Assembly: GCF_018350175.1 (NCBI RefSeq)
Contig: NC_058380.1
Span: 57,288,001 to 57,352,000, forward strand
Direction: 5' to 3'
Length of the DNA: 64,000 bases
DNA from: Felis catus
Taxonomy: Eukaryota
The notes below the pieces were generated by a model. The model worked only from the letters and a program-made list of their open reading frames with translations. It had not been told where the DNA came from and made no database searches. This document shows, one piece after another, positions 61,414 to 64,000 of this stretch (the first letter of the stretch is position 1; each line of letters opens with the position of its first letter). The position numbers and the translations under genes are program-made.

Positions 61414-63857
61414 ATGGCGGACTCGGTTTCATGTGTGGGTGTGCTGGGGTTGCTACTTGTGTCTGCACTGCCCGGGGTCCTCGGAGACCGCTCCAGCCCC
61501 GACCTCCGGGCACACCCAGGTATCAGCGAGGGCTACTGGAGGGAGGCTAAGACGGGTCCCAGGCCCCAGCCCTACTGACCCGCCTCTGCCCTCCTCCGCA
61601 GGAGACCCCTTCCAGGTCGGCCCTGAGGCCGCGGAACCCCGGCGACGGCCGCCGCCCAAGGACCAGCGCGAGCGGGCCCGGGCCGGGGCTCTGCCTCTGG
61701 GGGCGCTGTACACCGCAGCTGTCGTGGCTTTTGTGCTGTACAAGTGTTTGCAGGTGCGGGACGACCAGGGGTGGGGATACCCCGGGCCTGAATTTCCCAT
61801 GAGGGCGCTATGGTACCATGAACAAGACACATCTTTCTGTCTGTAAACGAATATAGTAGAGTTCCTTGGCTTCCCAACATTATGGGGTTATTTTAAGCAC
61901 CCATCGAGGTAGCGGATGTGAAGGGCATTTGGTAAATTGTAAATAAATAACGACCACCACATTTAATCCTCCCGACAATATAATGAAGAGATTAAGTCAC
62001 TTGCTCAAACTTACCGAGCAAGTAGTAACTAGTAGGGCTGGGATTTGAGCCCAACAGCTAAATGTCCATACTACAAAAGTGGCTCCTGGTAGGATTCCAG
62101 TCTTGACACAAGGTGTGGATTGCTGTAGCCAGCGTTCAAGGTACCAAGCAGTTTCATGTTCACCTTAGAAAGGAGGCCCTGAAATGTGAACTGACAGAAC
62201 ATTTTGGTGTATTGAAATAGTTGAAATGGAAAGTAGTACCTCCCAGGGCTCTGTCTTCAACCCCAGCCCTATTACTTATTTGCATTGGGAAATAGGGGGC
62301 TGAACCAATTTGGAGAGGATACGAAATTAAAAAGGATAGCTAATCATGATTCCAAATAGAATCATGGACAGGCTAGGATGAGGGACCGGATTCACTGATG
62401 ACATTGAACTAGAAATGATAATATATTCTATTTTTGGACCCACGTACTGTCTGGAGGAAACTTAAGTTAGGAGTTTATTAGCTGAATAATAAAGTTCAGT
62501 TGTGTGATGTAACAACTTACCACTTCCCAATTCAAAGCTAGCAACAAGGTATTGCACTGTATCTTCTGCTCACAACACTCCTGGAGAATTTTATTCTCTT
62601 CAAGGTGCTACTTAAGAGTATTGTGTGCTCAGTAGAGCAACCAGAGAAAACCATGTCAAATGAGCACCAATTCATTTGAATAAAGTTGGCATTATTAACC
62701 CAGAGAAGACAATGGGGAAGGGCAGTGGGCAAGGAAGATGGTCTTGCGATTCCTGAGTGGTTATGATGTTGAAAAGACAGGATTTTGGAAGGCACCATGG
62801 AAAGAAGAGACATGAAGGACAATTTTTGGTTTTGTATATAAACTAACAACCAGAGCTTTATCAAATTGGAGACAGCTGCTCATTCCCGGAGGTGTTTCTT
62901 TAGACTCCGTGACTGTGGAGGGGGGGGGCATGCTGACCTGCTTCAGGTCACAGGTGAGGAGCTTGACTGGATGTGGTTGTGATTCTCTGAAGTAAAGACC
63001 CCATAGCTTTCTCTACAAATTATCCACGTCTCGCTGGCTTTGGAGACTGAGGTGATGGAGAACCTTGCTGCAGTATAGCCCTCTCCTTCTTCTACAGCAG
63101 GGGAAAGATGAGAATGCTCTTCTCCAAGAGGAGGCAGGCAAGAAAGAATCACTGCAGTCAGGTGGGTTTTGCACAAGTCTGTGTTTGGTGGGGGATCAGG
63201 GGACAGCAGAAGGCATAAATGACCATGGCTCTCCTTTCTCCCTTACCCCCAGAGCAACAGTTGGCCCAGTTGACACAACAGCTGGCCCAGACAGAGCAAC
63301 ACCTGAACAATCTGATGGCCCAGCTGGACCCCCTTTTTGAGCGGTAAGAAGAGCAATGAGCCTGTGGCCAGAGGAACTTGTGATAGGTGGAAGAGGTGGG
63401 GACACGTACTGGGTAGCCTCTGAGTGGATATTTCTGCAGTGTGACTACCCTGGCTGGAGCCCAGCAGGAGCTTCTGAACATGAAGCTTCAGACCATCCAC
63501 CAGCTGCTACAAGAGAGCAAGCCAAACAAGGGTGTGGAGGTTCCAGAACCAGGTAAAAGGTTGGGAGGTGAGAGTCTGGTGGAGGTAACGACCGTTTCTG
63601 AGACAGGAATATTCCCGATCTTTCCCCTCACAGAGGCCAGCATACCCTTTCCTGAGGACTTATGTATAGAGGAGGAGGAGGAGGAGGCTGGTGACAGTCA
63701 GGCCTGGGAGGAGCCCTTGAACTGGAGCACAGAGACAAGGAACCTAGCTCCTCCCTGGGAAGTGGAGCAGGGGCTAAGGAGAAGATGCAGCAAGGCTGTG
63801 GGAAGGGCCGCGGCCTCAGTCCCCGCCTGGGAGGAGGAACGACAGCTGAAGGTTTAG
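61414..63857 (+). CDS. CCDC107: Coiled-coil domain-containing protein 107
   Basis: Exons 61414-61519 (signal peptide MADSVSCVGVLGLLLVSAL), 61602-61753 (TM LGALYTAAVVAFVLYKCLQ), 63101-63161, 63253-63343 (coiled coil EQQLAQLTQQLAQTEQHL), 63440-63857 (optional 81-nt intron 63553-63633). The ancestral-frame stop would be at 63880. Confidence 0.92.
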
Positions 63858-64000
63858 TAAAACAAAGTCTGTTCTTGTGACTGGATATTCCTGTGTGCTT
63901 TTTCCATTCCAGCTGGCCATACACACACCCATACTAGGTGCCCAAGAACAACTGGGCCTTCTTGAAAAGCTTCCCTTATTAGGACAAAATGAGGCCACCT

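Noticed and set aside
62000-64000. ARHGEF39 3'UTR expected on the minus strand from human synteny
   Set aside because: No coding exon or other direct evidence inside the window.

Overview
Mammalian genomic DNA, very probably from a felid (dense Can-SINEs of SINEC_Fc type, carnivore L1 3' ends), syntenic to human 9p13.3. Gene order: 3' part of RUSC2 (+), FAM166B/CIMIP2B (-), an ~18 kb repeat-rich spacer, TESK1 (+, start codon inside an N gap), CD72 (-), an orphan ZNF143/NRF1 promoter, SIT1 (-), RMRP (RNase MRP RNA, -) head-to-head with CCDC107 (+). Exon boundaries were read by hand from GT-AG sites. Gene identities and all human/mouse comparisons rest on my recollection of the orthologues, not on a database search. 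I found no wholly new multi-gene system. The best leads are lineage-level: an extended hairpin in RNase MRP RNA; a conserved MIR4667-like tailed mirtron in TESK1; a shifted CD72 exon-2 acceptor offset by a 6-nt duplication; a lost upstream start and relocated Cys in SIT1; a C-terminal frameshift and an exitron in CCDC107; an AU-rich element that reads as poly(A) signals on the opposite strand; an orphan promoter; a degenerate ~18-nt minisatellite upstream of TESK1; and a SINE>LTR>L1 nested insertion.
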